A stretch of DNA of 64,000 bases from the human T2T-CHM13v2.0 reference genome, Homo sapiens (GCF_009914755.1 NC_060929.1), one strand, 5' to 3'. Shown: positions 1-16,422, numbered from the stretch's first letter. Translations and numbers: made by a program. The notes: generated by a model from the letters alone, not told the origin.

Positions 1-1465
1 TGTGACTACTGAAAAGAAAGACGTTGGAAGGCCAAGTGGCTATTCCAATACAATGTTATAGGGGAAATGATTATTATACAGACTTTGGAATTATTTGACT
101 GCTTCATATTGCAATAGAGAGCTTTGAGTCAGATAATGGCAAGTTTATGGTGCAGAGAAGCAGAGAGCTCTATAATGATCCTAAAAATATATCTCTTAGT
201 ACTTATAGTCATACAGCCAAGGAATCCAAAACCCAGACTCCAGGTTTGATCCTATAGGCTACAGAAGCTAAACACCAATTGATTTCTTTTTCATCAGGTC
301 TCTTATGTGAAAATTAAGGATTAGACGAGACTGGGATCTGGAGAACTGGAATGGTAACTTTTGGATGTATCCCAATGACTGAGTATCTTGATCCCCTCCT
401 ATCACTGAGCCTGACTTTCCAGAAGCAGCAGCCACTGCTGAGCCAATTCCTCCATCATTTCCCCCTACCTTGCCTAATGATCCTCCAGTGACTTCCCCTG
501 AGACCATCTCTTGCATAGAGATACTGATTCTCCTTCCATCCCACTCCCAATATCTCTCCTGGTTGCTTGCCCATAATTAGCACAAATTCAGACCCAATAG
601 GAGATAGCACACATACCAAAGGTCTGTGCATTTTTTGCTCGTTTATATTAAGAGGAACTCAGGGAATGTGTGTGAGGAACAGATTCTAAGCAACAAAGAC
701 CAAGGTATAAGACACTAACATTGAAATAGGTTAAATGTATTGATATCCCTGCTCACACTAGAGCTTCTGGATTTAATCTGTGGCTCAAATATCTGAGAGC
801 AACTCTTACAATTTTATTGGTTGGCTAATTGAAACATGGACTCAGGGATTTCCTTGAATAAATGAAGTTGAAATATAAGGATTTCCTTAGCACAACAGAG
901 AGGAAGGAATCCAAAGGCTAAAGGAAATAGGAATATTGGAATACATTGGTTATGTGCAATCAATTCATTATCTCTCTTACCATGTGTCTCTGGTAAGACC
1001 ACAGGAATCTAGAGGCTACCCCTTTCCAAAGACTTTGAGAAAATATACTGATGAGAGGAACAAAAGCATCCTTATAGGATTTGTAGTGACTGCTGTCTAT
1101 AGGTCAGGGATGATGGTGGGAGATACTTCAAGGAATTGAGCTCCTGTATTTTAAAAAAGGAATAAGGACATCCCAGAATATAGAAGCCACTGACACCACT
1201 TAAACACCAGGAACAAGTGGGCATGGTTATAGAAATGGGCAGCAGAGTTGGAGTGGTAACCAGATGGTTTAATTGGAAGATATTTGGGGCAGTGGTTAAT
1301 TGATTATGGTGCCTTTAAAGTTGAAAAAGGTGGGAAGCTTGATCAAGTATTACTTAAAATATATAATCCAAAAATGTCTAGATTTTAATTCAACACAATG
1401 GATAGGGATATCTCACCTTCCACTTAATTCTCAGACATGAACCAATTCAAGAAGCAAGAGTGCTT
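1..1465 (+). mobile_element. ERV-L (class III) internal region, degraded gag part
   Basis: ERV-L gag-like motif tggaatggtaacttttgg (WNGNFW, 347-364) followed by a Pro-rich stretch. The sequence resumes colinearly after the L1 at ~4750 (gattgaagggaggc). Many stops and frameshifts. Confidence 0.75.
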
Positions 1466-1467
1466 TT

Positions 1468-2437
1468 TAAAAAATATATTTTTTATTTCAATAGGTTTTT
1501 CAGAAACAGATGGTGTTTTATTACATGAATAAGTTCTTCAGTGGTGATTTCTGAGATTTTGGTACACCCAACACCCACGTGGTATACCCTGTACCCAATG
1601 CAGTCTTTTATCCCTCACCCACATTCTACCCTTTCCCCCAAGTCCTCAAAGTCCATTGTATCATTCTTATGCCTTTGAGTCCTCAAAACTTAGCTCCTAA
1701 TTATGAGTGAGAACATGTGATGTTTGGTTTTCCATTCCTGAGTTACTTTACTTAGAATAATAGTCTCCATTTCCACCCAGGTTGCTGTGAGTGCTATTAA
1801 TTCATTCCTTTTTGTGGCTGAGTAGTATCCCATGGTATATACATACCATATTTTCTTTATCCACTTGTTGATTGATGGGCTGGTTCCATATTTTTGCAAT
1901 TGCAAATTGTGCTGCTATAAACATGCATGTGCAAGTATCTTTTTCTTTAATGACTTCTTTTCCTCTGGGTAGATACCAAGTAGTGGGATTGCTGGGTCAA
2001 ATTGTAGATCTTTTATCTCTCTAAGGAATCTCCACACTGTTTTTCATAGTTATTTTACTAGTTTACATTCCCACTAATAGTGTAAAAAGTGTTTCCTTTC
2101 ACCACATCCACACCAACATCTATTATTTTTTATTTTTTCATTATGACCATTCTTGCAGGAGTGACGTGGTATCACATTGTGGTTTTGATTTGCATTTCTC
2201 TGACAATTAGTGATGTTGAACATTTTTCCATATGCTTGTTGGCCATTTGTATATCTTCTTTTGAGAATTGTCTATTCATGTTCTTAGCCCACTTTTCAAT
2301 GGGATTATTTTTTTTCTTGCTGATTTGTTTGAGTTTTTTGTAGATTCTGGATATTAGTCCTTCATTGGATGTACAGATTGTGAAGATTTTCTCCCATTCT
2401 GTGGATTGTCTGTTAACTCTGCTGATTATTTCTTTTG
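1468..2437 (-). mobile_element. LINE-1 (L1PB-like) 3' end, non-inverted part of a twin-primed insertion
   Basis: T-rich tail, then L1PB-type 3' UTR (ttttatttcaataggtttt...ggtgatttctgagatttt) and ORF2 C-terminal remnants (ORF 1690-1905 PSINKWIKKIWYVYTMGYYSA). Confidence 0.9.
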
Positions 2438-4748
<2,311 letters not shown>

Positions 4749-4749
4749 G

Positions 4750-7700
4750 AGAATGTTTTGATTGAAGGGAGGCTATGTTTCCTTGAGAGACACCTTGAGG
4801 GACTGACATCCACATTTATGGTTAATCTGTACTCTCACCTTCCCAACAAGACAATTGGCTTTTTGACATGATGGCTGTGACTTTGACTGGAGAAATGGAC
4901 TTATCAGGACCTTGCTGATATTTTTTGGACAGTTGCCTTGAGCTGAAATGAAAATCAAAAGGCAATACGCTCCCACCAGTCAGAGAGAAGACTTATAGAA
5001 ATCAATGGGGTTTTGGTCCAAGTCTATCTCTTGCATAGATGTGGTTTTGCAGTGGATCTGCAAAACCATAGTGGTTATATTCTCTGTTTCTGAATGCATA
5101 CTTGATTTAGACAAAGTTGGCAACTGGCAGAATTTCCACAGAGTCAGGGATACTATGCAAGAAAGTGACAAGAGAAAGTCCTACAACCACTAGCAGAAAG
5201 TAAACAAAAGTAAATAACACATTCCTGGGAGAATCACAGAAATTAATATCACCATAAGAGCATTGAAAAATACCAGGGAAATGAGTACTATTCCATCCTC
5301 ATTTAATTTATTCAATTGGCCTATGGAAAAGACTGATAGATCTTGGAGAATGAGTGGATCATTGTAAACTTTAGCAGATATTCACTCTAATTGCAGTGGC
5401 TTCTGGCACCTGGTATTCAACTACTGACCCAGAAAATGACTTTTCATCTATACTAATTAATAAAGAAAATTAAAGGGAATTTTCTTTCACTCTATAGGAA
5501 TAGCAAAACAGATTAGCTGATTTATCTCAGAGCTGTGTTAATTTTCTGGTATCTTTCATAATCTAATCCACAAAACCTTGACTGTTTCACTGACTCACAA
5601 AATGTTAAGGTTGTCATTGGGTTGATAACATTATGCAGATAATTCCTGATAAGCAGATGTAGAAAATACTCTGGATGCTGAGGAAAGATACAGGGCAATC
5701 ATTCTATTAAAAGCCTCCTTGAACTTTCTAGTGGCATTATGGCCTGAGAACTTTGAGACATCACATTTTAATGTGAAAGACAGTTTTCTGCACCTTTTAC
5801 TCCCAAGTCCTGAGAAAGAAATGAAATACTTGGAAGCTTCTTTGAATTTTAAAGACAACCTCTACTATATTTAAGTGTGCTGCTCTGACCCATATACTAA
5901 GCATTTCTTTCTTTTTTTTCTTTTTTCATGAATGACTTTGTTTTTTACTTTACACAGTTTAAAATACAATATGAAATCACTTTTTCTTAAGGCTACCAGC
6001 TTGCCCGGCCTCTCTGTCAACTGTATCTTATGACCACAAATCTAAATGGAGCTTGAATTGTCTATGGTGCATACAGGAATGCTATACGCAGTCACTGACA
6101 AGCTCCCATGAGAGACTCACTGTGAAGACTTCAGAGCAAAGCCATGCGCTCTTCTGCACATAACTTTTTCCTTTTCAGAAACAACTCCTGATACTGTACT
6201 GGGCCCTGCTAAGAATTAATTGCCTGATCATGGGACACTACATGAAAACATGACCATAAAAGGTGTATTTGATATATCAAGTCATAATGATGGGCCAGTA
6301 TAGAAGCAGTTTTCTTCAAGTGGAAGTGCACCTACAAGATCAGACTTAAGTAGGTTCCAAAGGCCTAAGTAAATTTAGTGTACAGATGACTCACACTCTC
6401 ATGAAACCTATTCCTAATGGACTGCCATTCTCACTAAACACACTCTATCTTCATAGTTTCCTCTGACCATTGAATGAAGGAGAAAATGATTGCTCTTGCT
6501 TTAAGTTGGTTCCACAGGATATGCTGGCACTCTTCACATTTGATTGGCTACAGCTTCACAGCTATCTCAGTGCATGCCCTGCACACCAGGAGGAAAGAGA
6601 AATACTTTCAGGGGAAAGAACTCCCAGCATCTTGTTTTTCATTGTGCATAACAGGAGGATGACCAGAGATAAATTTCTATACTAATTTATGGGCAGTATC
6701 TAACAGTTTGGCCAGACGGTCAATTTTGGAAGAAATTATTCTAGAGGATAGATGACAAAAAGGTATAAGAATGGAGCTCTCAGAATGCAGAGATTACAAA
6801 AGTGTTTATTTTCCATGGAAATGCTAATTAAACGTCACTCATTATGAATGTCAACCATCTTTTCTTAGCCACCTCAGTGCTTGCTTTACGGCCCCAGGAA
6901 CTAAATAGCCATGGTAATAGGATTGAGGTTATGGCTGGGGTCAAAAGCATAGTCTTCATCCAATCAAAGATGATTTGGTTGTGATCACTGCTGAGTGTTC
7001 AACACACCACCAGCAGAAGCCAACACTATGAACCCCTAACATGGTGCCATTTTCCAGAGGAACTAACCAACCATCTGATATTAGGTTGATTACATTGGAA
7101 TTTTTTATGATGGAGGGGAGAGTTATTTCTCCTCACTGGAATAGATGTTTCCTCTTGGTATGGATTAACCTTCCCTTCTGTCAGTGCTTTTACCTCAACC
7201 CTTATCTATAGATTTAATGATACTTCATTCACAATCATGATGATAATGAATTCATCACCCATGAATAAGGAATTAATTCCACAATAATAGAAGCTAGGCT
7301 GATAGGAAAATGGGATAGCCTATTGAAGACAGTTTTATTTTGACTTGGAGACAATACCTTGCAGAAGCTAAACCAAATGCCTATGCTTTTGAATATGATA
7401 TAGTGCTCTTTCTCCTATAATAGGAAATCACAGATCTGAGAAACAAGGAGTGGAAGTGGGCATAACTCTTCTCAACAATTTCACTTAAAAAATGACTCTC
7501 AAAATTATGCTTCCCCTCCACTAGCACTGGGCTCTACAGACTCTGAGATCTTGGTTCCCAAGAAAGAAAAGATTCTACCAGAGGGCACATTGAACTTGAA
7601 GATCAGATTGCAACCTCGCCACCTTAAACTTCCAATGCCATTGAAATAACAAAGAAGAGGGTTACTGTACTGACTGGGGTGGCTAATCCTAGTTATCAAG

Positions 7701-8005
7701 AGGAAATAGGGCTATGCCATCAGGGGAAGAGAAGTATACCAAAAATGCTGGAGGATTGTCTGGGTGTGCCTCATATGATTTCTAACACTGTTAATGAAAA
7801 TCACAGTTACCCAGTGGAGGAAAGACTAATAATGGCTTGGAACACTCAGAAATGAAGCTTTGGATTTCTCTGCCAGGCAAAAGCTTACATCCACCTTCGA
7901 TGCTGACTAAGGACAAAATAAATATGAAATGAGTAATAGAAGTAAGCTTTACGATCAGTTACAGAAGGAAGGACTTTAGTAACTATGCTTATATTCTTTC
8001 TTCAC

Positions 8006-8063
<58 letters not shown>

Positions 8064-8390
8064 TATAATGTATTTATCTTAGCCAAATTCTTATTCTACT
8101 TTCTTTTCTATTAGCTTATATAAGGAGTATTGTTAGTCATTAAAAGTATGTCTCTGTCTGCAAAATTATAGGACATTGGGTAGAGATTGTGACCAAGACA
8201 GAAAAAGAATGAATATCCAGAAATGAATGCAGTGGCATTAGGATTATTGTCTTGCCTTTTGAGGGAGAGATTGAGCACAACTTTATTAGATTGACAGATA
8301 GTTCTCACATGTTAGTTAAAAGTGTAATATTATTGTTGTTTGGAAATTTAAATATATGTGTATGGAGAGCTAAACTAGATATTGTGTCTT
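4750..8390 (+). mobile_element. ERV-L internal region, degraded pro/pol (RT, RNase H, integrase) and dUTPase
   Basis: Integrase motifs gttgattacattgga (VDYIG, 7085-7099) and ctcactggaatagat (LTGID, ~7132-7146); degenerate RT YxDD region at ~5620-5640; dUTPase-like segment at ~7540-7720 after integrase; no env. Confidence 0.75.
8007..8062. repeat. (TA)n(CA)n microsatellite
   Basis: About 22 consecutive TA units followed by a short CA run. Confidence 0.97.
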
Positions 8391-8394
8391 GATA

Positions 8395-8825
8395 TGTAAT
8401 ATGATCCCTGCTCTTTTAAACTCTGTCTTGTTACATGGGGCTTGACAGTTTGGAAGCTACATTAAGCAGATTTACTAGCCAGTAGGGAATCTGGTTTAAA
8501 TTCTGCCAGTAAAAGGCATTTGTGTGAGGCTTGGAAGTGGAAGATATAGAGAGGCCATTATTCTCCAGGAGCAGCTGGGCATCTGCAGATGGCTGACGGG
8601 GGGGTTCCGCCTGTGGCTTTCAGGTGTCCTCTTGCAAGGCTGTAGGCAGCATAAATCATTGGTGGAGGCTTATCAGGATCCTCCTACTTTCTTATTTTTT
8701 GGTATGCTTTTCAGCTTTCCTGACCTTGCAATAATTGTCTAAGACTGCTTTTCTGTGTTACACCCTTTCCTGCTTAAAATACCCAGCATGGTAGCTGGTT
8801 TTCTGACCAAATCCTGATGGATATC
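8395..8825 (+). mobile_element. ERVL LTR (LTR33-like), probable 3' LTR of the upstream provirus
   Basis: gctacatt...gccag...ttctgccagt...ggaag core and terminal cctttcctgcttaaaatacc...ttttctgacc...ctgatggata, both resembling LTR33. Confidence 0.6.
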
Positions 8826-8977
8826 TAGACTGCATCTTTATTTCTATATTTGGCTACTTTGTAAGGTTGTGTGATGTGAACAGTGAAAATAGATGCCTAT
8901 AAAATATTTCAAAATACGTGCCTAAATAAGTGTTTATCTGCAGCATTCTCTTAAAATACAAAGATAGCCCATAAATG

Positions 8978-9303
8978 GAGTCCCTCTGTATCCATGGAAG
9001 ATTGGTTCCAAGATACTCTCATGGGTACCAAAATCTAAGGATGCTTGAATTGTTTATATAAAATGTATAGTATTTGCATATAATCTATGAACATCCTCTT
9101 GTATACTTTAAATCATCTCTATATACTTATAATATGTAATGCAGTATAAATGCTATGTAAATAGTAGTTACACTGTATTGTTAAGGAAATAATGGCAAGA
9201 AAAAAGTCTGTATATGTTCAGTACAGTTTTTTTTTAATATTTTCAATCAGTAGTTGGTTGAATCCATGGATGCAGAATCTTTGGATACAGAGGGCTGGTT
9301 GTA
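8978..9303. mobile_element. MER2 (TcMar-Tigger non-autonomous DNA transposon)
   Basis: Ends ccctctgtatccatgg and ggatacagagggctggttgta are inverted repeats; internal actttaaatcatctct...tacttataat typical of MER2. Confidence 0.88.
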
Positions 9304-9989
9304 TATGTAAATATAACATATGTTGTGAAATATAGCTCAAGTGGTTCAGCTATAATCAAAACAGAATAGATTTAATTGGACCGCTCGAACACTCAGCCAA
9401 CTCATATTTATTATGTTGGTGTTCCAAAATGTTACGCTGCTGAATTTTCTGCCAGTTTAACTTACTGTGACTTTGCCAACATAAATGGGAATAGAAGAAG
9501 AGGTTTAGTTGTGTGAAAATCATCACAGAGCCAACCATATGTTTATGCCTTTTTAAAACATTATTATTATAAATTTATTTCTATCTTGCTTGAATTCCAT
9601 ACTCTTCTGCATTGCAAAAGAGGAAGGAAATGAGAGTGATAGCTATTTTCAGCAGGGAAACCATATTTATTTTTTCTTTTAGTTAGACAAGTAAACTCTT
9701 CTAATGCGCTTTAGTCAAACTGCCTGGAAAAACTTAGTATTTCTAATGATGTGTCAATGTTGTTTGAGTGACACTGTGTAGATTTAAAAGAACAGAAAAA
9801 ATTATTTCCAGGATAGAAACCAAATCTCTCAAAATGAGGTAGATTCATTATGGAAAATTGAGAAAATATGTTAAAGAATGAATTGGTCAAGAAAATACCA
9901 AATGATTTATAATCAATCCATTCTATTTCTAGGCAATCTTTCTAAAACATCTTTAAAAAAGAAGAAGAAAAGCAATTTTGATGATTCTC

Positions 9990-10340
9990 ATTTAGAGAAT
10001 AAAGTCTAAGCTCCTTGGCATAGCACACAGACTTCTAGGCCACTCTTCCCTTCCATTCACCCTCCACCACTCCATGGATTGGCACACACCACAGTGCTTC
10101 CATGTGAGACTATTTGCTAACCTGGAATATGCTAAGCACTTAGTGCTCCTGCTTGGGCAATACTTGGATCTGAATTCTTTTAGCAGTTTTAAAATATCTC
10201 TAGCTGTTTATATGTGTCTCTTCAGCTGGAATGAGTTCAATAAGTATAGAGATTATTTTTACATCTCTTTATCAAAGGTGCTTAGCAAATAAATGGTAGA
10301 TACCAATAAATTGTTGATACATGCAATGAATAAATGTATG
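9990..10340 (+). mobile_element. L2 3' fragment
   Basis: gaataaagtctaagctccttggcat... and terminal caataaattgttgat...gaataaatg. Confidence 0.6.
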
Positions 10341-10394
10341 GATAAATAATAGTTTTGATTTGAAAAGAATAGGAGGTTTCTTTTGTTCAGGTTC

Positions 10395-10520
10395 TATGTT
10401 TTACAAAAGGAAACTGAGGCCTAGTGAACTTTATTTTGTTCCAATGTACAGCAGTAGCACTTCTGGTACTGGACCAAGGGTGTCCCTGCTTTCCACTCAG
10501 AGATCTTTCCACTGTTTCAT
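10395..10520 (-). mobile_element. MIR
   Basis: Core ttttacaaaaggaaactgaggcct. Confidence 0.6.
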
Positions 10521-10819
10521 TCCTGGCTAATTTGGAAAGTTGTTTGAAGGAATTGTGGTTCATTTTCTAGCTATTTGCCCTGTAATGCTCCTAACATCCT
10601 TGGGGACATCACTCACACTTTGAAAATAATTGAGGAAAAATACCTATAACTTCAGACATTCAAAGAGCTACATTAGCCTTCTAGTTTTTCACCTGGCTCC
10701 TTGCCTGCCTAGCATTTCATCTCTCATAAAACAGCGGGCCCATTGTGGCAATTATTTACAAAGCACAAGCCTCTATATTGGTTATAGACTCTATATTCTA
10801 TTTCTATATTTGACTTTTC

Positions 10820-11720
10820 ATTTTGAGTTGTAGGGATTCTTTATAAATTCTTTATGTAAGTCTGTCAGAGAAATAGATGATAGATAATTGATAGAGAAAG
10901 AGATAGATATTAATAGATAGCTATTTCCTCCCAGAATATGACTTGTCTTTTCATTATCTTCCCAGTATTTCTTGAAAAATAGAAGTATTAAATTTGGATG
11001 AAGCCTCATTTATACATTTTTTTCTTTTGTAGCTCATTCTTTGTGTGTCCCTAAGAAATATTTTCTTACCCCAAGGTCGTGAAGATTGTCTCTGATATTT
11101 TCTCTGAGAACATTTATAGTTTTTTCTGTAAAGTTTAGACCTATTTAATTCACATTAAATGAATTTTTGAATGGTATGAGGCAGAGCTTGATCTTGTTTT
11201 TCTGTATACTCACTTACTTGTTGCAAAATTACTTTTGAGATTTTCTTTCCCTATTTAGATTTGACATTGTTTTGAAAATCAATTCACCATATATATGTGG
11301 GCCTATGTCTAGACTATCTATTCTGACCCATTGATATATTGGTTTATCATCTTGCCAAACCCACTCTGTCTTGATTATTGTAGCTGTAAGTCTTTTAAAT
11401 CAGAAGGCTTACATCTTGCAATTGTGTTCATCTCTTTCAAGATAGATTTTGCTATTCTAGATCCTTTTCATTTCCATATAAATTTTAGAATCTGCTCACA
11501 AAATTATGCCATGCAATACGTTGAGTCTACAGATCAACTTCAGGACAATAAACATCTGGGCAATATTGGTTTATGGTCCATGAATGTGAATATTTTTCTC
11601 CGTTCATTTAAATCTTTATTTCCCTCAGCAATGCTTTATAGTTTTCAGTAGAGATATTATGCATCTTTTTGTTAAATCTATTCCTAAGCATTATATTTTT
11701 GATGCTATATTTTTTTAGTT
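10820..11720 (-). mobile_element. Old L1M ORF2 fragment with an internal degenerate (GATA)n at ~10870-10922
   Basis: Antisense L1 ORF2 motifs (tgtcttgattattgtagct, catttccatataaattttagaat, ttgttaaatctattcctaag). Confidence 0.7.
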
Positions 11721-12499
11721 GAGAAGACAAAATCCTACTATTTTATTTCAAGATTTCTAAGTCTCATTTGCATTCAAATAAATTGTAGAAAAAGTTAATT
11801 GTTGGACAGTGTTTAGATCTTAGAACGTAATTCCGCACTGATGTAACTGTTAGAGAATGATAGTTACTGATCCATGTTAGGCCATCCAAAATGAATTTGA
11901 TATTACTGGGAAAAAACGAGTCATAGACCCATAAATGAATCTGTATACACATAAATAAATCTGTATTAATATTTGAAAACCCTTCTCACTCGATAGTTAA
12001 TTTAGCTTTCCAAATTAGTCATGTGTTGTTTAACTCTTAAGTATCTTTACTGATTAAATGTGTGCTGCTTATTAGCTCTAACACATGACATATGGATGTC
12101 AGGCAGGACTGGTGATGACAACAGAGACTGCAGCTTATTATTAAGCCTGCAGTAGACAATATGACTTTTCTACAGAGGTGAAGTGACTAAGCGTAGCTAT
12201 AATATCTGCAAAGGAAACCAGAGGAGACCAACTGGGCAAAGAGGCAGTACAAACTTAGCTACTGTGAGCTGGAATGCAACGGTGTGTTTCATCAAGAGTG
12301 GGTAAGCTAAAATTATTTACTGCTTCCTTTATTTACTCAAACTCATAATATATTTGTATTCCAAAGATCTTGCCAACGGTCACATTTCATTTTACCTAGT
12401 TAAATGTAAAGAATCAGTCCTAATATCAAAACCATTCAATTTTCAGAAGAAATAATATACATAATATATTCAGAATACATATCAACACATAGCAATGAC

Positions 12500-14345
12500 T
12501 TTTTATTCATCTTTTGTTTCCCTGAATGTGTAGATGTTTGAGTTCCTGGTATTTCTTCTTTTACACCAGATAAGGACTGTTTGATACTATTTCATCATCA
12601 CCATTCAATTCACTCCAGCCATTTTGATTTTCACTGCTCCAAAAATGGTATACAAACTGCTGTGTGATCCTGACTATCTTAGGAGAGTCAGAGTACTTGA
12701 AATCTTTTTTCTCTTTCGGTAAAATGGCTATTTATCAAATTCTGAAGACCCGTGCTTGAGATACTTTTTTCCTTTTTTTATAAGACCAGTGAAGGAAAAT
12801 CACAATCTATTCCTAGTTTACCTACTTTCTTTATAATTTTTCTTGGTTTTTAAATCTCTTCTCCATTCTAAACTTTTTTGTAACTATTCATTTCTTCTAC
12901 CATTCCACTGATTGTATATTCAGACTCTGCTGCATACATCTGAAGATGATGATAAAGGCTGGTGGCCTGCCCCTCCTGGGAAGATACTGTAGTCCTCAAC
13001 TGAGACCTGGGAAAAGAAGAAACCCTGTGTTCTTGTCTACACCCACCTAGTGGAGTTTCAATCATTCTTAGCTGGAAGGAGTGAGTGAAGGTGTGGGTTA
13101 TGGTTCAAATGTTACATACTCTCAGTGGTCTGTAGAGTTTTTGTAGATTTTCTTGAATTTTTTTTTCATTTGCTGTATGCCTTTAGGACAAATTTCCAAG
13201 ATCTCAAATAGTTTAGTTTTTCTAGTTTTTCACCAGTTATGCTTATTTCTCTGGGAAGTGCATCTACAGAGCTCTTCATGCTACCTGCCCAGAACTAGAA
13301 CTCTACAGTCCATTTTTAATCCCATCTAGTACCTTTCAAATTTTTAAATATTAAACTATTCTATCATAGAGTTTCAATTTTGTTCTTATTTATAGTTACC
13401 ATTACTCTGGTGGTATTTCCTTTATGTTTTCTCATTATGTTCATATTAAAAATATATTTGAACATCATTATGATAAAAGATTTCACATATTGTCGCTAAT
13501 TCCAACATTGTGGTCATTTCATGGTCTGTTTCTATTGCCTGTGTTTTTCTCTTGGTTGTCAGTCACCTTTTTAAGGTTTTCATTTGCATACCTATTTTTT
13601 TCTGTATGCAAAACATTATGAATATTTTGTTGTAGGATATCTGAAATAGGTAGTCTTTCTTTGAAAGGTGTTGAGTTTTGTTTTGACAACAATTAAATGA
13701 CTCGAACATCCTGTTGATCTTATCTGACTTGGTTTATGCTTTGTTAAAGGAGACTTACATTGGATTTGTCTCCTTTGCCCTAGCATGTTCCTTATTCCCA
13801 AAGCATCACTTCTCTTGGGTCTACATTGAATGTCTAAGTTGCCCAGTAGTATATTTCCACTCTGGCATGACTGAAGCTACTACATATTAGAGCACTGCAT
13901 GATCTCTGCATCTCTGTGGCTCTCATTCCAGAAGCCACTCTCTGCTAGGCATCATGTTATTTTGCACTGTGCATGCACAGCTTACTCCCAGCCAAGAGGT
14001 CAAAGGAAACCTCTGTGCAGATCCGAGGCTCTCTTTTTGCATTTTCTCCTCTTAAGTATGCCAACACACAAGATTTCATCTGACTCAGTAGCAAGGGGTT
14101 CTTATCTTTGCCTTCTCAACTTAGCGAAATGAATTTTTTTGGCTTATGCTCTATTTCCCTGTGCAATCATGAGGAAAGTACTCACAGTCTGAATGTTGAA
14201 GAAAGTGTGGAATTAACTTTGCATATTTTTCTTTTCTCAAGAATCACTGTACTGTGACGCCCGTTGTCCAATGCCAGAAAATGGTTCTATGATATATTTG
14301 GATGTTATCATTGTTTATGTTGGGAATGTAAATCTGATAACACTT
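12500..14345 (-). mobile_element. Old L1M/HAL1-type 5'/ORF1 fragments
   Basis: T-rich antisense L1-like text (ttttgttgtaggatatctg, tgtccaatgccagaaa, ataactagaagcagaa); heavily diverged. Confidence 0.45.
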
Positions 14346-15508
14346 TCCCCTTCATAACTAGAAGCAGAATTATTGCCTCCTCCTGACCGCTTTTAAAAAT
14401 ATATTAAAACTTATTTATAGATTCTTTAATATTTTCAATCTAGTTTACATCTATCTATATCTCACCTAGATGCCAGAAGTTTGCACTATTGTAGTCAATT
14501 AACTCTCATTTATAATGTCCTACCCTAATTGAGAAACCACAGCAGTTTGTGATTCAGTACTCAATAGTGTACAAGAGAATTCTAGTAGATGCTGCCATGG
14601 AGTCTAAAATTCTTCTCATTCTTTCTGTGTAAATCAGCAACTAGGCAAAGTTTGTCTCACCTTTATGCACAAGAGGAGATATCTATCTGGAAGGGACACA
14701 GGTTTCTGAGAATTTTAAAGAACATAACTTTACTTCAGGAAGTTGGAAATCTGAGAGTGAAGAGATGGTAAAATTATCCAAACAAGTGGTACAACCAAAG
14801 TTGGACCATTAGAAGGGGAAAAATCCCCAACTGAAAGAGAATAAATTTAATGCAGTGTAAACAAATAAGAGCCAAATGTTTAGTTAGCATAGCATTGCTA
14901 CAATGGGGTAAGCTTTATTTATTATTTTGGTTTGACAAAGTATGTTGGAATTGATACTCTCCAGACATCCTAAATGCTAGAAAAATGTTATTAGTGATAT
15001 AACATATGTGACTTGATCTAAAAATATTCTCTCACTTGTATATGTGTTAAACATATTGCTCAAAAAATGTCAAGTCAATATAATCACACTTCATGGTTAG
15101 AAAACATTTCAACATATGAGTAAGATTGCCTAATAAGATTGCCATTAAATTTGAAATGGAAATGTTAAGCCCGCCAAAGCTAACATACCTTCCAAAGGAG
15201 TACTTCATCTGTGGCATCTTTGAAAGTGGTATAGACTAGTTGAAATGTCCTCTTTTTTTGTGAATGTAGCAACTTTTACTATCAGTTTCTACTTTAAGCA
15301 CTAGAATTCTCAGGTGAAAGGAGGAGGAGTTTTGCCATGAACGAGTATCTCCTAATGCAATGTGCTACCATGTGACTTTATATTTCAATTGGCATAGAGA
15401 TTCCATCAGGTGATCATTCTTTTGCTCATGTGAGTTGGGTGGACCTAGAGGTAATGAAAACACATGCCTAGCTCTTATCATTTCAACATTGTGGGAACTC
15501 CTCTGCTA

Positions 15509-15851
<343 letters not shown>

Positions 15852-16028
15852 TAAAGCCTAGAGTATTCTGACTTAACTAATCACACAGATGTTATAATCA
15901 CAGGCTAGAAAATTCCATAATGATATGATTGATCAACTCCTGCAAATTACTCACATAATAAACCCAATATTTTAGGAAGTTATTTTCCAGATTGCCCAAG
16001 TGCTACTCCTGCATTAAAAGGATATGTA

Positions 16029-16089
16029 CGCCACTGTACTCCAGCCTGAGCAACAGATTGAGACCCTGTTAAACAACAACAACAACAAC
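16029..16089 (+). mobile_element. Severely 5'-truncated Alu (last ~42 nt plus (AAC)n tail)
   Basis: cgccactgtactccagcctgagcaacag...; TSD aaaaggatatgta (16016-16028) / aaaaggatatata (16090-16102). Confidence 0.88.
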
Positions 16090-16383
16090 AAAAGGATATA
16101 TAGACAATATTATCTGAGACTCCTCAATAAATACTTTCACTGGGTAAAAATTAAATAATTATGTGCTCAGCCTATGAAAATAAAAAATTGAGAAGCATGC
16201 ATTTGGTCAGTTTTTCTGTATGTTTTGCAAATATGTAGTTTAAAGTCACTATCTAATATGTCATTTAGTGCCCCTTAAAAAGGAATTCATCTTTTCTCTA
16301 ATTTAGTTTCTGGGGAAAATGTAGGTTTCTGCAAAGTGTTTGACTTTCTTTTCTTTTTCAGGCAATGAATAATAGATAATTCT

Positions 16384-16385
16384 GT

Positions 16386-16422
<37 letters not shown>
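16384..16422. repeat. (TG)n microsatellite
   Basis: About 16 uninterrupted TG units from 16391, with a short preceding TG run. Confidence 0.97.
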
